64,000 nt of DNA from an uncultured Acidobacteriota bacterium (GTDB lineage Bacteria; Acidobacteriota; Thermoanaerobaculia; Multivoradales; UBA5704): the NCBI GenBank assembly GCA_963770895.1, contig CAVYRF010000001.1, positions 128,001 to 192,000 on the forward strand, written 5' to 3'. Below the pieces are notes generated by a model, which was not told where the DNA came from, did not search any database, and saw only the letters and a list, made by a program, of their open reading frames with translations. This document shows, in pieces, positions 47,008 through 62,314 of the stretch. Position 1 is the stretch's first letter; every line of letters begins with the position of its first letter. Position numbers and translations under genes: made by a program.

Positions 47008-48635
47008 ATGTCGTCTGCCTGCGACAGCAGATATTCAATTGAAGGCCGGTCAGTTCGCGACCAGCCCGCAAGGCGCTCGGCCATGCGATCGACCGCTTCT
47101 TCGATTGACCTCTTCCGTTCATATAAGAATGAGCGCGTATCTCGTTCTCGGAGAGCTACCACGCCGGCCGACGAAATAGCGTGGGACGAGAAAACTGGCA
47201 AGATTTCGCCGGCCTGTGCCGCAAATTCCAACAGGTCCCTGGCTGCGCCGCTAGCCCCCGGCAGCAGGATTCGATTTGCCGGGGTACGGGCAAGCGGGTC
47301 CCCGGGCGCGAAGATCCTGCGGAATGCCGCCACACCTCTGGTTTCGATCATAGCGGCGACATCAAGCTGCGTACCATCCAGGAAACGGCGGGGCGCGAGC
47401 GATGCCATTCCCAAGAAAGCCACCCTGCTGTCGGCCGCACGCGCGTCGGTACGCTCAGGAAGATGGTATCGCCTGAGCGGTTGTTTAGGGACCAGCGCGA
47501 GCAGGTTTTGCACGCTGGGCTCCTCTTGATTCTCCTCGATTGCTGTAACTCCGTGCCGGAGGAACCTACGCTCGTCGAAAGCTTCGACTGCCAGCAATAG
47601 GCGCCAAACGAAACGAACGAGGAGATCTCGGGTCCGGGGCCTCGGTTCCGGATGGAGTGCGAAGAAGCGGGTCAGGATCATCAGCGGCAGCGATCGTGGC
47701 AGAAGGAGCAAGTGAGGGATCTCTGCCGCTTGGCGCAAAAAGGAGAGAACGTTACGCAGGGCAGGCAGGGCGTCGCTGACGACTCCTTTGAGCATCGTTG
47801 GATCTTTGCGATACAGTTCGGTCAAGGTACGTGTGACGTCAAGGCCCTTCCAGGCTATCAGGCAGCGGAGGAGCTGTTCTTCCTCCGGCCGTCCCATTCC
47901 CATCTCGCGCAGTTCGTCTGCCAAGCTGGCCAACGTCGAGGGATGCTCGCCGACGTGACCGAAAAGGGCGTCGTGGACATCCTGCCACTGCATGCTCTTA
48001 CCGTATTTATTGATACGGAAGAAAATCTCCCGCAGAAGCTGTTCGTCATCGGTCTCGACAATGTACAAAGGTATGCGATATTGACGGATCAAGCTTCCTG
48101 CCCGAAAAACTGCTGCGCGCAGCGTTACATCGTTTGCGTGGCGCCATTGAAAAACCCATTCGCTGAGCGAGGACGCGTCGAGCAACTGTGCTGCCGGCAC
48201 CCACTCGGATGGTACGTTGCCATTTTTTTGCGGTGAGGCAAATTTTTGGTTTGCGGCGTCGAAATAGACCACCCAAGGATCGTCAGGTGAAGGCGAGATC
48301 GGTTGAGGATGAGCCAGTCCGGCGGCGAGCGCGGTCAGGCGCTGCTGGCCGTCTACCACCCAGAGAGCTGAGTGAGTTTCTGGAGCGTCGATCCGCAACG
48401 GTCCAATGGCAATTCTAGCCGCGTCGGCATGTCCCTTCCTAAGCAGGAAAGAGCCGATCGGATAGCCCTGATAGATGCTGTCGAAAAGAGCGACGATATC
48501 GTCTGCCGCCCACCTCAGCGGTCGTTGGAAGCTGGGAATTCTCACGCCCCCCCGGCGCACCATATCGACCAAGTCCTCGACTGTCTCGGTGTCGGCCTCC
48601 GGGCGTAGATTCAACCTATGGGGCTCGGGGTCCAT
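47004..48635 (-). CDS. DUF262 (GmrSD N-terminal, ParB/Srx-like) domain protein
   Basis: IPSFQR...W, DSIYQGYPIGSFLL, VVDGQQRLTAL and IFFRIN..G motifs. Stop overlaps the HipA start (ATGA). Confidence 0.88.
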   Translation of the reverse strand: MDPEPHRLNLRPEADTETVEDLVDMVRRGGVRIPSFQRPLRWAADDIVALFDSIYQGYPIGSFLLRKGHADAARIAIGPLRIDAPETHSALWVVDGQQRLTALAAGLAHPQPISPSPDDPWVVYFDAANQKFASPQKNGNVPSEWVPAAQLLDASSLSEWVFQWRHANDVTLRAAVFRAGSLIRQYRIPLYIVETDDEQLLREIFFRINKYGKSMQWQDVHDALFGHVGEHPSTLASLADELREMGMGRPEEEQLLRCLIAWKGLDVTRTLTELYRKDPTMLKGVVSDALPALRNVLSFLRQAAEIPHLLLLPRSLPLMILTRFFALHPEPRPRTRDLLVRFVWRLLLAVEAFDERRFLRHGVTAIEENQEEPSVQNLLALVPKQPLRRYHLPERTDARAADSRVAFLGMASLAPRRFLDGTQLDVAAMIETRGVAAFRRIFAPGDPLARTPANRILLPGASGAARDLLEFAAQAGEILPVFSSHAISSAGVVALRERDTRSFLYERKRSIEEAVDRMAERLAGWSRTDRPSIEYLLSQADDI

Positions 48636-48843
48636 CCTCGGATTATCTCACTACTGGATCTCCCTTAGCCTGTGGCTATGGATCCGACGCGGTGGGGCCA
48701 CAGAGGGACGTCACATGAGGGAAGCCACGGCTCTTGTCCCACCCCAACGGTGGTATTATGGATGGGTCGGGGGGCCCCACGCTGCTGGATCCTGCGCCTT
48801 GGATTCCGGGCGGCAAGCAGGGGGCCCAAAAGGACGACGCACC

Positions 48844-49776
48844 ATGTACACCTTGCGGACGTTGGCTGCGATGGCGGTGCTCTCTTGGGGGTTGGGGGCC
48901 GTGGTTCCGGCTCCTCTCCGTGCCGACGATGTGTATCTGAAGAACGGCCGATCCTTCACCGGCGTGGTGGCCGAAGTGGGGGAGACGCAGGTGCGCATTG
49001 AGATGCCGGGCGGCAGCCTGAGCTTGCCGCTGTCGGCCGTCGACCGGGTGGAAAAGTCGGGCTCGACGTTTGGCGGCTTCCTGCAGCGCAAGCAGGAGCT
49101 GCTGGCCGCCGAAGCGCACGCGCGTGGCGAGCGGCATGCGACCGACTGGCTGGACCTGGCGCGTTGGGCCAAGCGCAACGGCTTCACCCAGGGGGCGCGC
49201 GAAGCGGCGCTGGTCGCGGCGGAGATCGACCCTCACGTGGACGGGCTGGCGCCGATCCTGGTCCCCATGGGCTACGTGTTCGCCCAGAAGCAGGACCGCT
49301 GGGTCTCGTTCGAGGAATCGATGCGCATGCAGGGCTTCGTCCAGGACGGCAACGGCCAATGGGTGAGCCGTGAGCAGTACGCCGCCGAGCAGGCCGCCAG
49401 CCGGCAGGCGTGGCTGGCGCAGCAGCAGGCCGCCACGGCGGCGGCGGCGCAGGCCGGGGATGAGGTGGCCTACCAGGCGGCGATCGCCCAGCAGGCTGCA
49501 GGCGACTTCTCCAACAGCAACGCCTATCCCGGCGACGCCTGGCCGATTTTGTACGGCGGCGGCATCGCCGTGCCCGGCTACGGCGCGTACGGCTACGGCC
49601 GCTACGCTCGCCGCGGCCAGGCGTTCGGCGCCGCGCGCATCGGCCCGCCGTTCCGCCAGCCGGGGAGCCTGCCGGTCGGCCATCCTCGCGCCGGCCACTT
49701 TGGCGGTGGCGGCGCGCACGGTGGCGGCGGCCACTTTGCCGGCGGCGGCGGCCACGCGGGCGGGGTGCGCCGTTAG
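48844..49776 (+). CDS. secreted hypothetical protein with Gly-rich C-terminus
   Basis: Signal peptide, then ADDVYLKNGRSFTG. Good GC3 codon pattern and a GGGHF repeat tail. Confidence 0.7.
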   Translation: MYTLRTLAAMAVLSWGLGAVVPAPLRADDVYLKNGRSFTGVVAEVGETQVRIEMPGGSLSLPLSAVDRVEKSGSTFGGFLQRKQELLAAEAHARGERHATDWLDLARWAKRNGFTQGAREAALVAAEIDPHVDGLAPILVPMGYVFAQKQDRWVSFEESMRMQGFVQDGNGQWVSREQYAAEQAASRQAWLAQQQAATAAAAQAGDEVAYQAAIAQQAAGDFSNSNAYPGDAWPILYGGGIAVPGYGAYGYGRYARRGQAFGAARIGPPFRQPGSLPVGHPRAGHFGGGGAHGGGGHFAGGGGHAGGVRR

Positions 49777-49870
49777 CGGCGCCAGCGGCTCTTCCAGCTC
49801 GCCGACTCGTGGCGCCACAGCTTCCGTTCCAACTCTTCGCCAGACTCGCGGCCGGCGGCATCAGCATCGG

Positions 49871-50689
49871 ATGAGCTGGGCGATCGAGGTCACCGACCTG
49901 CGCAAGTCGTACCCGGGCGGGGTCACGGCCCTGGCCGGGGTGTCGTTTGCGGTGTCTCCCGGCGAAGTGTTTGCCCTGCTGGGCCCGAACGGCGCCGGCA
50001 AGTCCACGACGGTGCGCATCCTGACGACGCTGGCCGCGCCCAGCGCGGGGCGGGCGGCGATCGACGGCATCGACGTCGCGGCGCAACCGCGCGAGGTGCG
50101 CCGGCGCATCGGTTGCGTGGCGCAGGCTTCGGGCGTCGACGGCACGGCGACGGGCCGCCAGAACCTGCAGCTGCAGGGACGGCTCCACCGCCTGCCGGCG
50201 GCGGAGCTGGCGGCGCGTGTCGACGAGCTGCTGCATCGCTTCGACCTGGCCGCGGCCGCCGATCGCCCGGCGGGTGGCTGGTCGGGCGGCATGAAGCGCC
50301 GCCTGGACATCGCGATGGGGCTGGTGCACCGGCCGTCGGTGCTGTTCCTGGACGAGCCGACGGCGGGGCTCGATCCGGCGAGCCGGGCGGTGCTGTGGGA
50401 GGAGGTGCGCAACCTGGCGCGCGGCGGCATGACGCTGCTGCTGACCACCCACTACCTTGAGGAAGCGGACCAGCTGGCCCAGCGCCTGGCGATCCTGGAC
50501 GCGGGGCGGGTGGTGGCGCTGGGCACCCCGGCCGAGCTCAAGGCGCGCCTGGTCGAGTCCGCAGTGGGAGGCGCCGGCGGCGCTGCCGGCACTGCCAGCG
50601 CTGCCGGCAAGGGGGGCCGCCAGCCGACGCTCGACGAGGTGTTCCTGGCGGCCACCGGCCACGCCTTCCAGGCGAACAAGGTCCAGTAA
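49871..50689 (+). CDS. ABC exporter ATP-binding protein (DrrA-like)
   Basis: GPNGAGKST, SGGMKRRL, LDEPTAGLDP and TTHYLEEAD. Confidence 0.92.
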   Translation: MSWAIEVTDLRKSYPGGVTALAGVSFAVSPGEVFALLGPNGAGKSTTVRILTTLAAPSAGRAAIDGIDVAAQPREVRRRIGCVAQASGVDGTATGRQNLQLQGRLHRLPAAELAARVDELLHRFDLAAAADRPAGGWSGGMKRRLDIAMGLVHRPSVLFLDEPTAGLDPASRAVLWEEVRNLARGGMTLLLTTHYLEEADQLAQRLAILDAGRVVALGTPAELKARLVESAVGGAGGAAGTASAAGKGGRQPTLDEVFLAATGHAFQANKVQ

Positions 50690-50692
50690 GGC

Positions 50693-51463
50693 ATGTGGGG
50701 CGCGGCGGCCGACCTCTGGTACCTGTTCCTGCGTTTGGCGCGCGCCAACCTGCGCATGCCGGTGTTCATGTTGATCTCGCTGGTGCAGCCGCTGGTGTGG
50801 GTGGTGCTGTTCGGCCAGCTGTTTGCGTCGATGGCGCGGCTGCCTGAGCTGGGCGGCCGATCGTACGTGCAGTTTCTGGCGCCGGGGATCTCGATCATGA
50901 CGGCGCTGTTCGCCGCCGCCTATTCGGGGATGGGGATGCTGGGGGACATCGACCGCGGCGTGCTCGACCGCATGCTGGCGACGCCGGTGGCGCGCGGCGC
51001 CCTGCTGGCGGCGCGCATCCTGATGTCGTCGGTGCAGGTGGTGGTGCAGTGCGCCATCATCCTGGCGGTGGCGGCGGCGATCGGTGCCCGGCCGCACGGC
51101 GGCCCCGGCGGCGTCGCCGCCGTGCTGCTGGCGGCGGCCCTGCTGGGCGCCGCGGTGGCCGCCTGCTCGAACGCCCTGGCGCTGGTCGCGCGCCGCCAGG
51201 AAGTGGTGATCGCGGTGATGAACTTCGTCGTGCTGCCGGCGACGTTCAGCTCCAGCATGCTGATCGCCGGCAACCTGATACCGCCCTGGATTCGCTGGCT
51301 GGCGCGCTTCAATCCGGTCAATTGGGCGGTGGTCGCGGCGCGCGGCGGCTTCGAAGGCGCCTGGCGGGCGGTGCTGCCGTCGCTGGTGGCGCTGGCCGCC
51401 TTCGCCCTGGCCGCCGGCTGGCTTGCCTCGCTGACCTTCCGCCGCTACCGGCGGGCTGCCTGA
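50693..51463 (+). CDS. ABC-2 type permease (DrrB-like)
   Basis: QPLVW..LFG, Y..FLAPG, MLATPV.R and NPVNW motifs. Confidence 0.9.
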   Translation: MWGAAADLWYLFLRLARANLRMPVFMLISLVQPLVWVVLFGQLFASMARLPELGGRSYVQFLAPGISIMTALFAAAYSGMGMLGDIDRGVLDRMLATPVARGALLAARILMSSVQVVVQCAIILAVAAAIGARPHGGPGGVAAVLLAAALLGAAVAACSNALALVARRQEVVIAVMNFVVLPATFSSSMLIAGNLIPPWIRWLARFNPVNWAVVAARGGFEGAWRAVLPSLVALAAFALAAGWLASLTFRRYRRAA

Positions 51464-53421
51464 TGGCCGGGCCAGCTCAGGATGCCGCCGCCTTGGCCCC
51501 CTTCCGCCGCGACGCCGAGTGGCTGGAGCCGGACGGCCTGGGCGGCTTCGCCTCCGGCACCGCCGGCGGCCTGCGCAGCCGGCGCTACCACGCCCTGCTG
51601 CTGACCGCGCGCACGCCGCCGACCGGGCGCATGGTGCTGATCAACGGCTGCGACGCCTGGCTGCGGATCGGCGCCGCCACCTACCCGCTCAGCTCGCAGC
51701 TGTACACGCCCGACGTCGTGGCGCCCGACGCGCGCGACCACATCGAGTCGTTCACCGTCGATCCCTGGCCGCGCTGGACATTCAACGTCGGCGGCGCGCG
51801 CGTCGATCACGAGGTGTTCGTGCCGCACGGCGCGGCGGCGACCGCGATCTCGTGGCGGCTGCGCGAGCCGTCGCCGCCGCAGGGGGTCGAGCTGGTGGTG
51901 CGCCCCTTCGTTTCCGGGCGCGACTACCACGGCCTGCACCGCGAGAACCCCACCTTTCGCTTCGAGGCCGAGGGGCGCGGCCCGCTGCGCATCTTCCGCC
52001 CCTACCCCGACGTGCCCGCCTGCGCGGTGTTCTCCAACGGCGTCTTCGAGCGGGAAGCGGTGTGGTACCGGTCGTTTCTGTACACCCGCGAGCGCGAGCG
52101 CGGGTTGGACGCGGTGGAGGACCTGGCGTCGCCCGGCACCTGGCGCTGGGACCTGCAACGCGGCGAAGCGATCTGGATCCTGTCCGCCGAGGGGCAGGAG
52201 CTGCCGGCCGGGTCGCCGGCCGCCTGCCTGGGCATCTTCCGCGGCGCCGAGCGGCGGCGGCGCGCCGCCCAGGGGCCCCCTCTGCAGCGTGCCGCGGCCG
52301 CCTACCTGGCGCGCCGCGGCGAGGGACGCACGATCGTCGCCGGCTACCCCTGGTTCACCGATTGGGGGCGCGACACGTTCATCGCCGTGCGCGGTCTGGC
52401 GCTGGCGACCGGCCGCCTGGACGAAGCGGCGGCGATCCTGGCGCAGTGGGCGCGTGCGCTGTCCCAGGGCATGCTTCCCGACCGGTTTCCGGACACCGGC
52501 GCGGCCCTCGAATACAACTCGGTCGATGCCTCGCTGTGGTTCGTGGTGGCGGTGGACGCGCTGCTGCGCGCGCCTGGGGCAGCGGTGGGCGCCGCCGATC
52601 GCCAGGCGCTGCTCGCCGCGGTCGAAGCGATCCTGGAGGGCTATCAGACCGGCACCCGCTACGGCATCCGCGCCGCCGACGACGGCCTGCTGGCGGCCGG
52701 CGAGCCGGGCTCGCAGCTGACCTGGATGGACGCCCGGGTCGACGGCCGGCCGGTCACTCCGCGCTGCGGCAAGCCGGTCGAGGTACAGGCGCTGTGGATC
52801 GCGGCGCTCGGCATCGCCGCGGCGCTGCCCGGCGCCGCGGCGGCCGAGCGCTGGCGCGCCCAGCACGAGCAGGCGCTGGCCAGCTTCCAGGAGCGCTTCT
52901 GGAACGAGGCGGCGGGGTGCCTGTTCGACGTGGTGGACGTGGATCACCGGCCGGGCGTGGTCGATGCGGCGATGCGGCCCAACCAGATCCTGGCGGTGGG
53001 CGGCCTGCCCGTGGTGCTGCTGGCGCCGGATCGGGCGCGGCGGGTGGTCGACGCGGTCGAGGCGCGGCTGTGGACGCCGCCCGGCCTGCGCTCCCTGGCG
53101 CCGGGCGAGGCCGGCTACGCGCCGCGCTACCAGGGCGAACCGAGCGCCCGCGACGGCGCGTATCATCAGGGAACGGTGTGGCCCTGGTTGCTGGGGCCGT
53201 TCGTCGAGGCTTGGGTGCGGGTGCGGGGCGGCGGCGAACAGGTCAAGCAGGCGGCGCGCGAGCGGTTCGTCGCCCCGGTGCTCGCCCGGCTGGGCGACTA
53301 CGGGATCGGACACGTGCCTGAGATCGCCGACGGCGACCCGCCGCACGCGCCGCGCGGCTGCCCGTTCCAGGCCTGGTCGCTGGGCGAGCTGCTGCGGCTG
53401 ACCCTGGACGTGCTGCGCTGA
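51463..53421 (+). CDS. glycogen debranching enzyme-like amylo-alpha-1,6-glucosidase
   Basis: EWLEPDGLGGFASG, AGYPWFTDWGRDT, QLTWMDA, YHQGTVWPWL and PFQAWS. Confidence 0.92.
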   Translation: MAGPAQDAAALAPFRRDAEWLEPDGLGGFASGTAGGLRSRRYHALLLTARTPPTGRMVLINGCDAWLRIGAATYPLSSQLYTPDVVAPDARDHIESFTVDPWPRWTFNVGGARVDHEVFVPHGAAATAISWRLREPSPPQGVELVVRPFVSGRDYHGLHRENPTFRFEAEGRGPLRIFRPYPDVPACAVFSNGVFEREAVWYRSFLYTRERERGLDAVEDLASPGTWRWDLQRGEAIWILSAEGQELPAGSPAACLGIFRGAERRRRAAQGPPLQRAAAAYLARRGEGRTIVAGYPWFTDWGRDTFIAVRGLALATGRLDEAAAILAQWARALSQGMLPDRFPDTGAALEYNSVDASLWFVVAVDALLRAPGAAVGAADRQALLAAVEAILEGYQTGTRYGIRAADDGLLAAGEPGSQLTWMDARVDGRPVTPRCGKPVEVQALWIAALGIAAALPGAAAAERWRAQHEQALASFQERFWNEAAGCLFDVVDVDHRPGVVDAAMRPNQILAVGGLPVVLLAPDRARRVVDAVEARLWTPPGLRSLAPGEAGYAPRYQGEPSARDGAYHQGTVWPWLLGPFVEAWVRVRGGGEQVKQAARERFVAPVLARLGDYGIGHVPEIADGDPPHAPRGCPFQAWSLGELLRLTLDVLR

Positions 53422-53524
53422 GGCACTGCCACCGCCCGCGCCAATGCCGCGGGCGGCGCGGGCGCCGCCCCCCCGGCCCACAGTCGTGTGCCGCGCCGCT
53501 TGCCGGCGGCGCGCAAGGAGACGC

Positions 53525-56377
<2,853 letters not shown>

Positions 56378-56436
56378 TGTAGGTTTAGCTCATTCAAGCG
56401 CGCGCTCGGCAGGGTGGGCAGCCGCGGAAAGGGGCT

Positions 56437-57192
56437 ATGACTGAGGCGTTTCTGCGCCAGGTGGCGATCTTCGAGCAGGTCGACGATGCCAGCCTGGCGG
56501 CGCTCGCGGCGGGCGCCGAAGCCAAGGAGCTGGTGGCCAGCACCGTGGTGTTCCAGGCCGGCGACCTGTGCGATGGGCTCTACCTGGTGCGGCGCGGCGT
56601 CGTCGCGTTGCGCCACCTGGCGGTCGGCCAGCCGATCGAGCGGGTGCGCGATCACGGCCCCGGCGAGCCGTTCGGCGAATCCGAGGTGCTGGACGGCACG
56701 CGACGCCAGTTTCAGGCCCGCACGGTGGGCGCGGCGTCGCTGGTGCGCCTGCCGCAGGAACCGTTCTGGTCCTTCCTGGACCACCACCCGCAGGTCGAGC
56801 GGCGCCTGCGGACGCTGGCGATCTACCAGCGCACGGTGCGCCTGCACTCGCTGCTGGCGCCCTCGACGCGGCGCGATCCGCGCATCCGCGTCGACCGCGA
56901 GGCGCGCCTGCGCCTGGGAGCCGGGCCCGCGGCCCTGGTGCGGGTCGAAGACCTGTCGCACGGTGGCGCCTGCCTGAGCGCGGCGCCGGACACCTGGCGG
57001 CCGGGCGACCTGGTGCGCTTCGCGCTGGAGCTGGACGGCCACCCCGACCTGCTGGAAGTCGAAGCCAGGGTGCGCTGGCGCATGCGCGATCTGGTGGGCC
57101 TGGTCTTCGAAGGCGGCGCCTCGGCCCGCAAGGTACCGCGCCAGGTCGATCGCGCCCTCCGCGTCCTGCTCGACAAACCCAGTCGCTTCTGA
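56437..57192 (+). CDS. cyclic-nucleotide-binding domain + PilZ domain protein
   Basis: cNMP domain VFQAGD...LYLVRRG...FGE...R. PilZ motifs RRDPR and DLSHGG. Confidence 0.8.
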   Translation: MTEAFLRQVAIFEQVDDASLAALAAGAEAKELVASTVVFQAGDLCDGLYLVRRGVVALRHLAVGQPIERVRDHGPGEPFGESEVLDGTRRQFQARTVGAASLVRLPQEPFWSFLDHHPQVERRLRTLAIYQRTVRLHSLLAPSTRRDPRIRVDREARLRLGAGPAALVRVEDLSHGGACLSAAPDTWRPGDLVRFALELDGHPDLLEVEARVRWRMRDLVGLVFEGGASARKVPRQVDRALRVLLDKPSRF

Positions 57193-57278
57193 CCGCGACC
57201 GCTGCCAGCCCCGACGGGGAAGTGCCGCGGTGCCGCATCCGGCGCGGCACCGCGGCAGGGGAGCGCCGGCGCGCGCCC

Positions 57279-58064
57279 TCAGTCGGTGATCGTGCCGGAG
57301 AGAATCCAGGTGAAGGTCTGGAAGCTGCCGGAGTTGGTGGTAAAGCTGATGGTCGCCTTGCACGGCCCCGCGGTGTCGCCCTGCATGCGCCAGCGGTAGG
57401 ACTGCGGCGACCCGTAGCTGATCGAATAGGGGAAGCTGCCGTCGATCAGGCTGAAGCACGAGCCTTCGACCTGGGTCAGCGTGTAGTTGCTGACCGCCAG
57501 CGGGCTGTCGCCGGGGTTGGAATCCAGGTCGCTGATGGTGAAGGCGCGCGACACCGCGACTCCCACTGGCGTGCTGGGGTAGTTGTAGGTGTAAGGCTGC
57601 GGCTCCGACGTGATGTTGATGCCGTCGCCCGAAACGACGCTCAGGATCGGGCAGCCGTCGACGCAGTTCTGCATGTTCAGCACGAACGACGACGGGGTGG
57701 CGTTGGTGTTGAGCGTCATGGTGGCATCGTTGGCTCCGCCCTGACCGGTTTCAAAGGTCATCACCAGTTTCACGAACTTCCCCCCCTTGATGGTGGTCGG
57801 AGGAATCTCGCAGGACCACACGCCATTGGGACAGAACGACGTCGTGCTGATCGTCATGGTGCTGGTGCCGTTGTTCTGGATGGTGTACCAGATCTGGCTG
57901 CCGTTCACCATCGAAACGGTCTGGCCGCTCGACACCTGGTGTGAGGAACTGACGTTGCCGCCGACGACCGTCTGCGCAAAGACTGCCAGCTGCGGCTGCG
58001 CGGACGCGGCGGTGGTTGCAAGGGCGGCACAAGCGACGAATGAAGCAAGGCACAACCTACGCAT
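57279..58064 (-). CDS. secreted protein with two Ig-like (choice-of-anchor D/ASH-like) domains
   Basis: RBS AAGGAG and signal peptide. Beta-rich, with YTIQNNGT and FTISD..N.G..PL patterns and terminal LSG. Confidence 0.65.
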   Translation of the reverse strand: MRRLCLASFVACAALATTAASAQPQLAVFAQTVVGGNVSSSHQVSSGQTVSMVNGSQIWYTIQNNGTSTMTISTTSFCPNGVWSCEIPPTTIKGGKFVKLVMTFETGQGGANDATMTLNTNATPSSFVLNMQNCVDGCPILSVVSGDGINITSEPQPYTYNYPSTPVGVAVSRAFTISDLDSNPGDSPLAVSNYTLTQVEGSCFSLIDGSFPYSISYGSPQSYRWRMQGDTAGPCKATISFTTNSGSFQTFTWILSGTITD

Positions 58065-58410
58065 CTCAAGTCTCCTTTTCGTACTCGGTTCGAATCCAGG
58101 CAGCGCTGCCATGACGCACAATACAAAACACCTTGCATAAAATCAAATTGTACTAGTACATATGGCATCTGTTGTTGCATTTATAGACATTTCTGATGCC
58201 GTACAATTGATCAACACATCAAAAATGACAAACATCCGAACGCCAACTCACCTATCCAGCCTCATGGAACCAAGCGCCCTCGCGCCGCCCTCACAAGCGC
58301 CTCCCCGCTCCACCCAGATGCCGCCTCCGTCCTCACCAGTGGTCAGCCCGTTGCCAGCCCAGGCCGGTTCACCCTGCGCTGGTGATGGCAACTCCCTGGT
58401 ATCTCGTGGT

Positions 58411-58426
58411 TGGCACCGAGGTTGCT
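58411..58426 (+). promoter_or_regulatory. sigma54 (-24/-12) promoter
   Basis: TGGCAC-CGAGG-TTGCT matches the consensus, 45 nt upstream of ATG 58471. An AT-rich stretch lies further upstream. Confidence 0.7.
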
Positions 58427-58470
58427 GTAGGAGCATGTCGAAACGGGAGTACCTAGAGGAGATCGAACCG

Positions 58471-59217
58471 ATGAAATCGATGCGCGCACATCTCATATCG
58501 GGTCTGGCGGCTCTCGCGCTCAGCGCGGCGCCGGCCCTGGCACAACCGCCGCAACCGCCGTGCTGCCCCGACCCGTATGCCGCTCCCCCGGCCCACCGCG
58601 ACAACAATCAGTTCGTCGAGTTCCGGCTATGGGCAGGCGGCTTCCGTCCCACTTTGGGGGGCGACTACTGGGACAATAACTTCCGCAACTTCACCGGCAA
58701 CAAGAGCGACTTCCAGGACGTGATCGGCGGTGGCGACTTCATCTTCCACTTCGACCGCATCAACGCCCTGATGGTTTCGGCCAGCTTCTACAGCGGCAGC
58801 TCGACCGAGGCCTACCGCAACTTCGCGGATCAGAACAACAACCCGATCCTGCACCACACGACGCTCGACATCAGCTCCGGCACCGCCGCCTACACGCTGT
58901 TCCCGGCCGGCACGCACAACGCGGTGATCCCCTACCTGGGCGCCGGCGTCGGCATCTACGGCTGGCGTCTGCACGAGGGCGGCGACTTCATCGACATGAA
59001 CAGCAACATCTACAGCGGCGGGTTCGGCGACAGCGGCACGGCCTTCGGCTACTTCTTCCTGGCCGGCCTGGAAGTGCCGGTCACCCGCCACCTCGCCATC
59101 CTGGTGGATGGCCGCTATACCGTCGCTCACGCCAACCTGGGCGGCGACTTCAACGGCTTCGGCCGCCTCGACCTGTCCGGTGGCCAGGTCGCCGGCGGCG
59201 TCGCGTTCCATCTATAA
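58471..59217 (+). CDS. outer membrane beta-barrel protein
   Basis: RBS GAGGAG, signal peptide, PYLGAGVG strand and C-terminal GGVAFHL. Confidence 0.75.
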   Translation: MKSMRAHLISGLAALALSAAPALAQPPQPPCCPDPYAAPPAHRDNNQFVEFRLWAGGFRPTLGGDYWDNNFRNFTGNKSDFQDVIGGGDFIFHFDRINALMVSASFYSGSSTEAYRNFADQNNNPILHHTTLDISSGTAAYTLFPAGTHNAVIPYLGAGVGIYGWRLHEGGDFIDMNSNIYSGGFGDSGTAFGYFFLAGLEVPVTRHLAILVDGRYTVAHANLGGDFNGFGRLDLSGGQVAGGVAFHL

Positions 59218-59263
59218 GTTCTGGGGTGGGGGGCAACGGAGCCCCCCGGCTCGGAACGAGGCG

Positions 59264-59320
59264 AACCCCGCCTCCCTGGCTAGGATCGGTGACGACCGAT
59301 CGCCAGGGGGCGGGGTTTTC
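59264..59320. terminator. long hairpin between convergent genes (terminator)
   Basis: AACCCCGCCTCCCTGGC...GATCGGT-GACG-ACCGATC-GCCAGGGGGCGGGGTT followed by TTC. Confidence 0.65.
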
Positions 59321-59331
59321 TGCGGTGTGGC

Positions 59332-62070
<2,739 letters not shown>

Positions 62071-62314
62071 TCTGTCTCCTGACTCTTCCCCGCCATCTTC
62101 GGCCGGGAAGCACCGAGCCGCCGGTCGGGCCGCTCAGCCACGAAAACCTGCGTCCCTCCACTCAATATTCCGATTTCATGCCAGGATCTTAGCCAGAAGG
62201 GCTCAAGCCGCCGAGGACGGCTCGCGACGAGCTCCTTTTGGCCGCCCGGTCGACGGCGGGGGCCGCGTGGGCAACCACGAACCGGCGGGCGGATGTGGGT
62301 GGATGCGGGGGTCG

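Noticed and set aside
44450-48840. Prophage or integrative element boundaries around the low-GC island
   Set aside because: No integrase, att-like direct repeat or adjacent tRNA is visible.
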